The position numbers and the translations under genes are program-made. Below are positions 56,988 through 64,000 of a stretch of DNA of 64,000 nucleotides, piece after piece; positions within the stretch are counted from its first letter, which is position 1, and each line of letters begins with the position of its first letter. Source of the stretch: a virus. The notes beneath the pieces were generated by a model, which was not told where the DNA came from, made no database searches, and saw nothing but the letters and a program-made list of their open reading frames with translations. Location of the stretch: the IMG/VR virus record IMGVR_UViG_3300045988_109352; one strand, given 5' to 3'.

Positions 56988-57013
56988 CCTTCCTACTTTC
57001 ACAAGCAAGAAGG
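56981..57013 (-). terminator. intrinsic terminator whose U-tract doubles as the -33 T-run of the next promoter
   Basis: CCUUC (57013-57009) / GAAGG (56992-56988) followed by UUUUUUGG on the minus strand. Confidence 0.45.
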
Positions 57014-57108
57014 GTATAAGAATATTAAAATCACTCTTAATGAAAAATTGAAAATCAATCTAAACTATCTTCACAGACGGTATTTTTAAGTAGCCAAATT
57101 CGACCACT

Positions 57109-57657
57109 TTAGAATTTTATTGTACAAAATATATCATCGGCAATTTCTTTGAACCTATTAGCTAAAGACTTTAATATCTTTTCTTTGATTATATCTGAAT
57201 CTTCAAAAGGTTCTTTAAAGATTCTCTCTGTTTCTTCTAAATCTGCCAATATCTGGCGCAAAGCTTTATTTATTTCCTCTGCTCCGTCCTCTGACAGACT
57301 TTTGTGTGGGCAAGTCATGATTTTACCGACAAGAGATGATAGGTCTGCATCTACCTTACATTCAAATTGAGTAGCCTTTTGAGTAGTACCTTCTTTACCT
57401 TCAAGTTCGATACGCATCATAATGGCGTAGTTTGCAAGGTCAGTCAGCGTATCAGACACCGATTCATAATTAGGCTTCTCATTACTATTAAGCAATGACT
57501 TCAATCGGTTAAACTTATCTTCCATGCGAACAATGCCAGCTATATTGCCATGTTCTTTGATTGACTTGCCGAATGAATCGCCATAATCTTTGTTCTTGTT
57601 TTCGTAGAGCGTTGCCATTTCAGCAACTATCTCTTTAAATCTTTCTATCTTATTCAT
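57109..57657 (-). CDS. DUF1599-like (nucleotide-modification-associated domain) protein
   Basis: YENKNKDYGDSF...GIVRMEDKFNRLKSLL...ESVSDTLTDLANYAIMM matches my recollection of the DUF1599 signature. Confidence 0.5.
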   Translation of the reverse strand: MNKIERFKEIVAEMATLYENKNKDYGDSFGKSIKEHGNIAGIVRMEDKFNRLKSLLNSNEKPNYESVSDTLTDLANYAIMMRIELEGKEGTTQKATQFECKVDADLSSLVGKIMTCPHKSLSEDGAEEINKALRQILADLEETERIFKEPFEDSDIIKEKILKSLANRFKEIADDIFCTIKF

Positions 57658-58039
57658 CTTTAAACTTATTTCGTTTAACTTGTTCTAAGCAATCATAAAT
57701 ATATCCGAGTAAATAGCAAAAGGGTTCTTGGTCTTGGGAATTAGCATACGAGCCTATTTCATCAAATAACGATATAGCTATATGTCCTGCATCGTGAGCC
57801 AAATCTTTGTTTGGTGCATTTGGCGTCATTAATGCGAGTATTCCAAACATCTCTGTATCTTTGTATTGAACTCTTGGTGTAACTCTTATACTAAAAGGAC
57901 TATCGCTATCATCCAATTCCCAATCTATTTCGTCACCATTGTATCTACAAAAAGCTTCTTTTAGTTCCTTCTCCGTCCATTTCTTAATTACCCATAATTT
58001 TCTTGGATAAGGAGTTAGATTAAATTCATGTATTTTCAT
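57650..58039 (-). CDS. hypothetical protein
   Basis: 129-aa ORF. Confidence 0.6.
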   Translation of the reverse strand: MKIHEFNLTPYPRKLWVIKKWTEKELKEAFCRYNGDEIDWELDDSDSPFSIRVTPRVQYKDTEMFGILALMTPNAPNKDLAHDAGHIAISLFDEIGSYANSQDQEPFCYLLGYIYDCLEQVKRNKFKDE

Positions 58040-58040
58040 G

Positions 58041-58211
58041 CTACCACCAAAATATTCCTCCCCAAATCGCGTAGAATATGATTAGGGAGAATAACCATAA
58101 AACGCTCATAAAGCCAGCTATAAAAGGATTTCCATAATCGCTAATTTTGTATAGCCAGTATATAAATGCCATGCCTATTACGACCGCAACAATGTTACTC
58201 CACGTTATCAT
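58041..58211 (-). CDS. small membrane protein (56 aa)
   Basis: Hand-translated MITWSNIVAVVIGMAFIYWLYKISDYGNPFIAGFMSVLWLFSLIIFYAIWGGIFWW, two TM helices. Below the ORF-track cutoff. Confidence 0.45.
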   Translation of the reverse strand: MITWSNIVAVVIGMAFIYWLYKISDYGNPFIAGFMSVLWLFSLIIFYAIWGGIFWW

Positions 58212-58222
58212 TCTTCATTTCG

Positions 58223-58402
58223 GGCGTTTATATCCAAGCTTACACTTGGACAACTTGACGTTTCATCGAGCCACTACTTCTTAGGGAGCTTGCGCTCCGG
58301 TCGTCCATAGTTGGGTTCTCACCGTCCAATCCCCGATGCGCCATCGGTTGGGTTAATACTATTTTAAATCACTCTGCGTAGCTTGGTTTTCGCTACATTG
58401 GC
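58223..58402 (-). ncRNA. structured repeat R1: tnpB-less omega-RNA-like / IS605 right-end-like module
   Basis: 180 nt, 176/180 identical to 59182-59361. Minus-strand hairpins with GNRA loops (58285-58298 GCAA; 58233-58250 GUAA). The 3' hairpin is homologous to 13571-13586. Confidence 0.55.
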
Positions 58403-58417
58403 TTTTTTTATAAAAAG

Positions 58418-59167
58418 CTAAGTGTCACTCCTCATTTCGTTTAAGGCTTCTCCTTCATCAACCTCTCTTTTAGGAATGGCAATTGATTGTTTAAATTCAC
58501 CACCGTTATCCCTTATCAGAATCTCAATCTTGTTCATTGCCTCACGTTCGATGTTGCAGATTTGTTCCTTCAAATCTTTTACCTTTTCTTCATCAAGCGT
58601 TGTTTCAAGAGAAAGATAGCGGATAGTTTCGATATACTTCTGATAAAATTCGTTGCGAGAAATATCGGAAGGTGCTGGCATGAGCATGGTATTACTTTTT
58701 GCCAAGTATGAGAAGTACATACACATTACATTGGTGACTTGCAATGTATCTCCTCCAACGGCAAAGGCTGGCTCGGAAAGCGTATAAATCCATCGCTCTG
58801 TATGCTGCAATACCTTAACAATCTCTTCCGGCATTTCGTCAGCATGTTCCATCAGTTGAGAGAAGCTGAAACCTTGTACATTCCCATTCTTGTCCTTAAC
58901 TTCTCCAAATTCTTTGTTTGCTTCGATGCACTCACAGAATGTTCTAAGCCACAGATAAGGATTAGAATAACCGCCACTCACTACATTGGTAAATACGTTT
59001 CTATGGAAGTTTGTAGACACAACTGAGTAATCGTCGGTAACTGCAATAGAAATTCCTCTATCGTCCAGTCTGCAATACATGTGTCCTTTGGTCTTTGGCA
59101 CGAATACATAGGAAGTACCTATGAGTTTTACAAGCTGTGCCTTGCTCATTTTACTAATATCCATCAT
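58418..59167 (-). CDS. hypothetical protein flanked by the R1/R2 repeats
   Basis: 249-aa ORF. Confidence 0.7.
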   Translation of the reverse strand: MMDISKMSKAQLVKLIGTSYVFVPKTKGHMYCRLDDRGISIAVTDDYSVVSTNFHRNVFTNVVSGGYSNPYLWLRTFCECIEANKEFGEVKDKNGNVQGFSFSQLMEHADEMPEEIVKVLQHTERWIYTLSEPAFAVGGDTLQVTNVMCMYFSYLAKSNTMLMPAPSDISRNEFYQKYIETIRYLSLETTLDEEKVKDLKEQICNIEREAMNKIEILIRDNGGEFKQSIAIPKREVDEGEALNEMRSDT

Positions 59168-59181
59168 ATCACTTTTGGTTA

Positions 59182-59361
59182 GGCGTTTATATCCAAGCTT
59201 ACACTTGAATAACTTGACGTTTCATCGAGCCACTACTTCTTAGGGAGCTTGCGCTCCGGTCGTCCATAGTTGGGTTCTCACCGTCCAATCCCCGATACGC
59301 CATCGGTTGGGTTAATACTATTTTAAATCTCTCTGCGTAGCTTGGTTTTCGCTACATTGGC
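59182..59361 (-). ncRNA. structured repeat R2: tnpB-less omega-RNA-like / IS605 right-end-like module
   Basis: Second copy. Three of its four differences from R1 preserve pairing on the minus strand only. Confidence 0.55.
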
Positions 59362-59406
59362 ATTAGGTTATATACTAAGTATCACTTTGTATATAAGTGC
59401 CTTTGG

Positions 59407-59928
59407 TTATTTATTTTTCTTTTTTTCGTCCTCGTAAACTAAATACAATTTAGCTTTGACAGCCTCGTCAGATTTCAGAGAGTGGGCATTTCTTATTCTC
59501 TTACTTTTAAGGAATGCAAGAGCCTCTTCCCGGTTGCTGATGAATGGGTATATCCACTCCGGCAATTTCTCCTCTTCAACTTCGACGTCTTCCATGATAG
59601 CTTCTTGACGTTCTTCCAGCAACTCTTCCATTGCCATTTTATTGGCTTCGTCCAAGTCCATGCTTTCAATGTCAGCTTCCACAAAGTCGGGAACTGGATA
59701 GCATTCAAGAATTTCTGTAAATGTCGCCAAGCAGAAATCTTTAACGACTTTGACAGCTTCGTCCTTCTCTTTATTGTACCGACAAATTGCATAGTTTTCT
59801 GTTCCGTCAATCCGTCTTACAAGGCAAACTCCTTTGTTGAATTCGGAAACCTTGTCCCAAGTTTTTTTAGGAAGTGACGGAATTTGAAGCGTTGCGAGGC
59901 AATCGTCTAAGTAGTTCTTTTTCTCCAT
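59407..59928 (-). CDS. hypothetical protein
   Basis: Start moved to MEKKNYLDD because the first ATG (59955) lies inside the -7 box. Confidence 0.6.
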   Translation of the reverse strand: MEKKNYLDDCLATLQIPSLPKKTWDKVSEFNKGVCLVRRIDGTENYAICRYNKEKDEAVKVVKDFCLATFTEILECYPVPDFVEADIESMDLDEANKMAMEELLEERQEAIMEDVEVEEEKLPEWIYPFISNREEALAFLKSKRIRNAHSLKSDEAVKAKLYLVYEDEKKKNK

Positions 59929-59952
59929 TGATTTTCTTTTTTTAAGATAAGG

Positions 59953-59987
59953 CAAAGGTATGCTAAATTTTGGAACTTTCCAAAAAA
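59953..59987 (-). promoter_or_regulatory. phage promoter, class TTTTTTGGAAAGTTC / N12 / TACCTTTG
   Basis: Same architecture and spacing as 1194-1228 and 56953-56987. Confidence 0.55.
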
Positions 59988-60014
59988 TAAGGGAGAGAAT
60001 TTAATCCCCCTCCC
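59981..60014 (-). terminator. intrinsic terminator fused to the promoter T-run
   Basis: GGGAG (60014-60010) / CUCCC (59995-59991) followed by UUAUUUUUUGG on the minus strand. Confidence 0.45.
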
Positions 60015-60119
60015 CACAAGAAAATTAGAAATGTCACTTTCGCAAGCTAAAGAATAGGGTTTAAAATGCTGTTATTATGAACCAAAAGTTTGTAGCACAA
60101 ATGTAGAAATAAACTTTGG

Positions 60120-60503
60120 TTATTCAAAATATAAATCGGGATTTTCTACAGATTTTGTATCACCATTGCTTTTTGAAACCGGAGATATGTTGTTCAGAGA
60201 ATACAGATTGATTGTCTGTATGTGGATATTGGTTAACTGAACCTTATCGCCATGTTTGGTTTCTTCCAGCTTGTTGTATATCTTCCCAGTAAGTTCAACT
60301 AAGTTGCCTACATTGAAGTTGTCGAGAATGTATCGTGTCATTGTTCCTTTTGCAAGGCATACATGATAATCTATCCTATCAGCTACCTTATAGCCTTTTT
60401 GGGTAGTAAAACCCTTTTCGCAAGTTTTGAGTTTCACCATTACCCCATAACTACCGACTTCTCTAATGTCAGTAATCCATCCTACAAGTATAGCCTTATT
60501 CAT
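60120..60503 (-). CDS. OB-fold SSB-like protein (second, divergent)
   Basis: MNKAILVGWITDIREVGSYGVMVKL resembles an SSB N-terminus. No acidic C-terminal tip. Confidence 0.4.
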   Translation of the reverse strand: MNKAILVGWITDIREVGSYGVMVKLKTCEKGFTTQKGYKVADRIDYHVCLAKGTMTRYILDNFNVGNLVELTGKIYNKLEETKHGDKVQLTNIHIQTINLYSLNNISPVSKSNGDTKSVENPDLYFE

Positions 60504-60738
60504 TTATATTAGACCATTCAGAAGTTTCCAACAGAGCTTCAACCATTTGATTGTCAAGAAGTGGATAGGGATAGACTATCGGTTCTCCTTCTTCTGATAA
60601 TGGTTCAACTTGTGGTACAAGTTCATTATATATTTTCTCATGCAAAAGAGCTTTTGTTTCGTCTACATTCTTTCTTCTGACTTCCCAATCCTTGTCGAAT
60701 TGTTTCAAGTCTTCTACGGGTATTTCAAGCCAATTCAT
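60496..60738 (-). CDS. hypothetical protein
   Basis: Start set at MNWLEIPVEDL, preceded by GGAGGT. The longer start is also possible. Confidence 0.5.
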   Translation of the reverse strand: MNWLEIPVEDLKQFDKDWEVRRKNVDETKALLHEKIYNELVPQVEPLSEEGEPIVYPYPLLDNQMVEALLETSEWSNINE

Positions 60739-61744
60739 TTTTACCTCCTTCCCAATAATTTTCAAGCTTTACTTTCTCCTCTTCAACCTCTTCGGGTGTC
60801 AGCGACTTGTCATAGAGGGCAAAATAGTAGATGGCAGCTTTAGTAAATGAAGCAGAAAACCTACATAAATATAATTGGTTCACATCACTTAAATTTCCAG
60901 TTTCAAGTTCTATACCATTATAACTATTCTTAGTCATCCACGATACTTCACTTTCCTCAAGTTTTACACGGTTACCAGTTCCATAACTCCATACTCCAGT
61001 AGTACTATTAGAATCAATGGTTTGAATAGAACTTTCGAAATGGAACGCACCTGCATTACCCAGTCCTTTGTTAGCCACATACCCTTTAGCTGTATTTAAA
61101 ATTTTCCTTTTACATATAAGTGTAAAATCATCCATAATAGGAAGCCCAACACATATACCGTAATCATCCACTCCGTCGAATACCAGCGCGCCTTCATAGG
61201 CAGATGGCAGTTGAGTAATAGTGATATTACAAGTACCAACTACAGATGCAGCAAACCCGGTATATTTCTTGTAGGATATTGGCAGGTTATTGATACCATT
61301 CTTAAGATAGGTGTATGTTCCGGTACCGTCTTCGGCATAAGATACATATCTTAACTTGATATCATCCGTTATGCCTTCCACCTTTATTTGACACGCTTCT
61401 ATTGTTCCGTCTGCATTTGTTTGCAAAAACTTTCCGTCTGCCACCAATATTTCCGTCAGATGAATAACAGAATCAGAATTTGTGAAATTGGCATTTACTC
61501 CGTTTGAACCGTAAAAACTATCCCAATTAACTGTATACTTCCCGAACCCACTGTCTAAAGCATAGGCGAAGTTCTTTAGTTGGAGTTCATTCTTCTTTAC
61601 TCCAACTATTTGAGTAGGCTTGTCGCTATTGGGAAGCCCACTCATAAACCACGCATCAACTAAAGAAGGATTGAATGGGTGCTTAACTCCTCCCCCTCCC
61701 TTAGTTGATGTATGGCTCATTAGTTTACCAACATTTACTAACAT
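60725..61744 (-). CDS. LamG/concanavalin-like domain protein
   Basis: GALVFDGVDDYGICVG...FTLICKRKIL is the typical LamG-domain signature seen in phage fiber-like proteins. Confidence 0.55.
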   Translation of the reverse strand: MLVNVGKLMSHTSTKGGGGVKHPFNPSLVDAWFMSGLPNSDKPTQIVGVKKNELQLKNFAYALDSGFGKYTVNWDSFYGSNGVNANFTNSDSVIHLTEILVADGKFLQTNADGTIEACQIKVEGITDDIKLRYVSYAEDGTGTYTYLKNGINNLPISYKKYTGFAASVVGTCNITITQLPSAYEGALVFDGVDDYGICVGLPIMDDFTLICKRKILNTAKGYVANKGLGNAGAFHFESSIQTIDSNSTTGVWSYGTGNRVKLEESEVSWMTKNSYNGIELETGNLSDVNQLYLCRFSASFTKAAIYYFALYDKSLTPEEVEEEKVKLENYWEGGKNELA

Positions 61745-61747
61745 AGG

Positions 61748-62044
61748 CTATGAATTTGTTTGAATGTCAGAACCCATGATATTGAGTTTTCCTTCTACAA
61801 CAGAAAGAGTGCCATCGTAGACATAAAAGTATTCGACACTGCCAGCAGGCATATAAATAGCTGCTAAAACTGGTCGTTCGTGATTAGGGTCTAAGAACGG
61901 CATATTGAAGGTAGTATCTTCATAAGCTGCAAATCGGTAAAGTCCCTCTCCTAATTTGAGAGTTTGTCCTTGCTCCACATTATATGCAGTGTCTATAACT
62001 ACTGCTTGCATGTGGTTATTGTTCTTGTCTCTTCCTATTTCCAT
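61748..62044 (-). CDS. hypothetical protein
   Basis: Start moved to MEIGRDKNNN because the upstream ATG lies inside the -7 promoter box. Confidence 0.55.
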   Translation of the reverse strand: MEIGRDKNNNHMQAVVIDTAYNVEQGQTLKLGEGLYRFAAYEDTTFNMPFLDPNHERPVLAAIYMPAGSVEYFYVYDGTLSVVEGKLNIMGSDIQTNS

Positions 62045-62083
62045 ATTGTTGAATATTAATTGATTAAACCTTACGTAAAGATA

Positions 62084-62091
62084 CAAATTTA
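62084..62091 (-). promoter_or_regulatory. -7 promoter box (TAAATTTG on minus strand)
   Basis: Exact TAnnTTTG. Confidence 0.45.
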
Positions 62092-62098
62092 GAAATTA

Positions 62099-62106
62099 CC
62101 CCCCCC
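62099..62106. repeat. C8/G8 homopolymer tract just upstream of the -7 box
   Basis: Read directly: attaCCCCCCCCataa. Confidence 0.8.
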
Positions 62107-62120
62107 ATAATTAACTGAAA

Positions 62121-62558
62121 TTAACTATTGTGTTCAACATATCCATTTTCTACACACCAACATAGCATTTCATAAGATGCTTGAATAAGGCTTTTATTCA
62201 TTACAAAATGAAGTGAAATGTTATCTTTAGGACGCTCATATGTAATTATCCATTTGCCATTAAAGCTTATGCTCATTTCATATACATCTATTTTGTATGG
62301 CATTTTATTGAGTACATCTTGCAAAGTAAACACTCCACAATTCTCTCTACATGAATGGTCGTAGTCGCCAGTTTCAGCATCAAATAAACTAAAATACACT
62401 TCTTGTTCTTTGCTATTTACATATTCTAATGCTTCTTCCCAATCTAAGTCATAACCTTCGTTATCTGTAGCAATTAATACCATACTTGCGTTGCTTGTAT
62501 CTACTCCGAGCTTCTGTAGATGTTGCATTTGTTCAATCGACAATGTTTGATTTTTCAT
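62121..62558 (-). CDS. hypothetical protein
   Basis: 145-aa ORF. Confidence 0.65.
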   Translation of the reverse strand: MKNQTLSIEQMQHLQKLGVDTSNASMVLIATDNEGYDLDWEEALEYVNSKEQEVYFSLFDAETGDYDHSCRENCGVFTLQDVLNKMPYKIDVYEMSISFNGKWIITYERPKDNISLHFVMNKSLIQASYEMLCWCVENGYVEHNS

Positions 62559-62802
62559 GTAATTTATTCTCTTTTAGTAAGTAATTAAAAAGTGCTTCTT
62601 GGGATTGAAATAATGGTCTGTTCCATTTAGGGTAATCGTTTCTTAGAGAAGTAGAGCCATCTGAAAGCTTATATACCATTACAAATCTATCATCTGCATA
62701 CGACCATTCAACACTTATACTACTAATAGTAGTTATACATATTGTATATCCTTGTAGGTAGAACACTGTATCTCCTACATTAAATTCGGTGTCTATTATC
62801 AT
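62533..62802 (-). CDS. hypothetical protein
   Basis: 89-aa ORF. Confidence 0.55.
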   Translation of the reverse strand: MIIDTEFNVGDTVFYLQGYTICITTISSISVEWSYADDRFVMVYKLSDGSTSLRNDYPKWNRPLFQSQEALFNYLLKENKLHEKSNIVD

Positions 62803-62806
62803 GTTA

Positions 62807-63139
62807 TTATTCTTTAGCTGTTACCAATTTTAGTCCATAATTAGACCCTTTCTTCGCCCAAGTAAATGTGCCTTTGATTCTACCTTTGACTGCGTTCTGA
62901 ATCATATCAATAGAATCGCTCATAAACACTTGATATTTAATACTCAAATCCCAAAAAGTCTTATTCCTTTCTTGCCACGGACAAAGATAAATTACTGCTG
63001 AGGAGCAACCTCTTCCATAATCCTTTATGTATAAGTCCGCTTCAAAGGTATAGTTTTCTCTTTCTTCGTCATAGGGTTCATGTTCCCATGTACATGGCAC
63101 TCCTTTATTAAAGTGCATTTTCCAAGTTTGTTTTTTCAT
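62807..63139 (-). CDS. hypothetical protein
   Basis: Start set at MKKQTWKMHF to avoid overlap. Confidence 0.55.
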   Translation of the reverse strand: MKKQTWKMHFNKGVPCTWEHEPYDEERENYTFEADLYIKDYGRGCSSAVIYLCPWQERNKTFWDLSIKYQVFMSDSIDMIQNAVKGRIKGTFTWAKKGSNYGLKLVTAKE

Positions 63140-63143
63140 CGTT

Positions 63144-63548
63144 TTACAAATTAGGATTATCAAATTTGTTACCTACTATCTCAAAACATCTTTCAGTGTC
63201 ATATCCTCCAAGAATATCTACCATATCATTTTGAGGATTTACCATTTCTGCCATGAAACACGCCTTTTCTTCCGAATACCAAATTTCATAAATAACTCCT
63301 TCTTCGTCTTGAAGCAAATCATGTTCGTAGATTTCTTTTCTATTCTTGTCGGTTTTTCCAGTAAGCTGCCCAACGGTTTCAGCCAATACGTCGTAGCAGC
63401 GTCCGTCTTCTTGGGAATATATTTGTGCTTTATCCGTAAGGATAAATCCGTTTTTATCCCTTCCGGCAGTATAGAAGAAAGAGAGATATCCATATCTCCA
63501 TTCTCCCGTATCAATGTCCTTTCCTCTAAATTTTATTTTTCTTACCAT
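63144..63548 (-). CDS. YopX-like protein
   Basis: Start at MVRKIKFRGKDIDTGEWRYGY. C-terminal EIVGNKFDNPNL resembles the YopX family end motif. Confidence 0.55.
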   Translation of the reverse strand: MVRKIKFRGKDIDTGEWRYGYLSFFYTAGRDKNGFILTDKAQIYSQEDGRCYDVLAETVGQLTGKTDKNRKEIYEHDLLQDEEGVIYEIWYSEEKACFMAEMVNPQNDMVDILGGYDTERCFEIVGNKFDNPNL

Positions 63549-63552
63549 AACA

Positions 63553-63774
63553 TTATACTTTAACAATTTCAAATTCATCGGCATGTTTTTTACCAATCCA
63601 TTCTCGTTTTTGCTTTTCAGTAGCGGTTTCGTAAATCGCTCCACGCTTAGATAAATGCCTTTTTCTAAAGATACTTTCTTCCCCCAGTTCATTATATTCC
63701 CTTATTGAAGGAGAACGACCTTTTGCCCTACACCAAAACAAGCCAGTTTCTTTATGTCTAAACTTCACTGCCAT
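63553..63774 (-). CDS. hypothetical basic protein
   Basis: 73-aa ORF. Confidence 0.5.
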   Translation of the reverse strand: MAVKFRHKETGLFWCRAKGRSPSIREYNELGEESIFRKRHLSKRGAIYETATEKQKREWIGKKHADEFEIVKV

Positions 63775-63777
63775 CTT

Positions 63778-64000
63778 TTATTTTTTAAGTCTTGCCACAA
63801 AGTCCTCCAAGTACATAGTCTGATTGACACCGTGTACTTCATTAAATATATCTACTATCATTTCCTTTGCCGCTTCAATAGCCTTTTTTTCAGTCACTTC
63901 AACTGCCAGTTCGCAGTCTTGAACGATACTAATATGTTCATTTTTAACCACTCTAAAACATATATCTATTCTGCTATGTGGTAAACAATGTATATCATCA
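63778..64000 (-). CDS. partial CDS (C-terminal part; start beyond right edge), hypothetical
   Basis: Open minus-strand frame ...DDIHCLPHSRIDICFRVVKNEHISIVQDCELAVEVTEKKAIEAAKEMIVDIFNEVHGVNQTMYLEDFVARLKK ending at stop 63778-63780. Confidence 0.5.
   Translation of the reverse strand, partial: DDIHCLPHSRIDICFRVVKNEHISIVQDCELAVEVTEKKAIEAAKEMIVDIFNEVHGVNQTMYLEDFVARLKK

Noticed and set aside
58261-58285. Hammerhead-like CGAUGAAAC in the R1/R2 repeat (minus strand)
   Set aside because: It lacks the CUGANGA core and the required three-stem geometry around it. Resemblance is limited to GAAA.
1-64000. Prophage boundaries, integrase or host flanks
   Set aside because: No tyrosine integrase, tRNA, att-like repeats or housekeeping genes are visible. 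The window appears to be entirely phage sequence, so no integration site can be called.

Overview
The window looks like a contiguous segment of a large tailed-phage genome, siphovirus-like given its 1778-aa tape measure. No host genes are visible. The AT-rich sequence and many TAnnTTTG (-7) promoter boxes point to a Bacteroidota host. Five alternating strand blocks are present. (1) 81-8440 (-): small early or accessory genes plus a serine recombinase. (2) 10045-24431 (+): PP-loop/PAPS-reductase-like enzyme, SSB, HNH, exonuclease + RecT + RuvC-like resolvase, a Gly/Cys-rich membrane protein and other unknowns. (3) 24457-40526 (-): a TIGR02757-like accessory island, a 2708-aa tail fiber with an S74 chaperone domain, a lysis cassette, portal and TerL. 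(4) 40699-55410 (+): scaffold, capsid, connectors, tail tube, chaperone, tape measure, an antirepressor moron and unknowns. (5) 55480-64000 (-): DUF1599-like, second OB-fold protein, LamG protein, YopX-like and unknowns. Blocks 1 and 2 are separated by a 1.6-kb ORF-poor, iteron- and palindrome-rich region that may be an origin or control region. Two IS200/IS605-family elements are inserted in intergenic gaps: a solo divergent tnpB (12354-13568) and a complete tnpA/tnpB element (about 25995-27750). The most unusual signal is a pair of 180-nt, 98%-identical structured repeats (58223-58402 and 59182-59361) flanking one gene. Their substitutions preserve pairing only on the minus strand, and their 3' hairpin is homologous to the right-end hairpin of the solo tnpB. 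I read them as tnpB-less omega-RNA-like modules. All functional calls come from motifs read by eye; no database search was possible.
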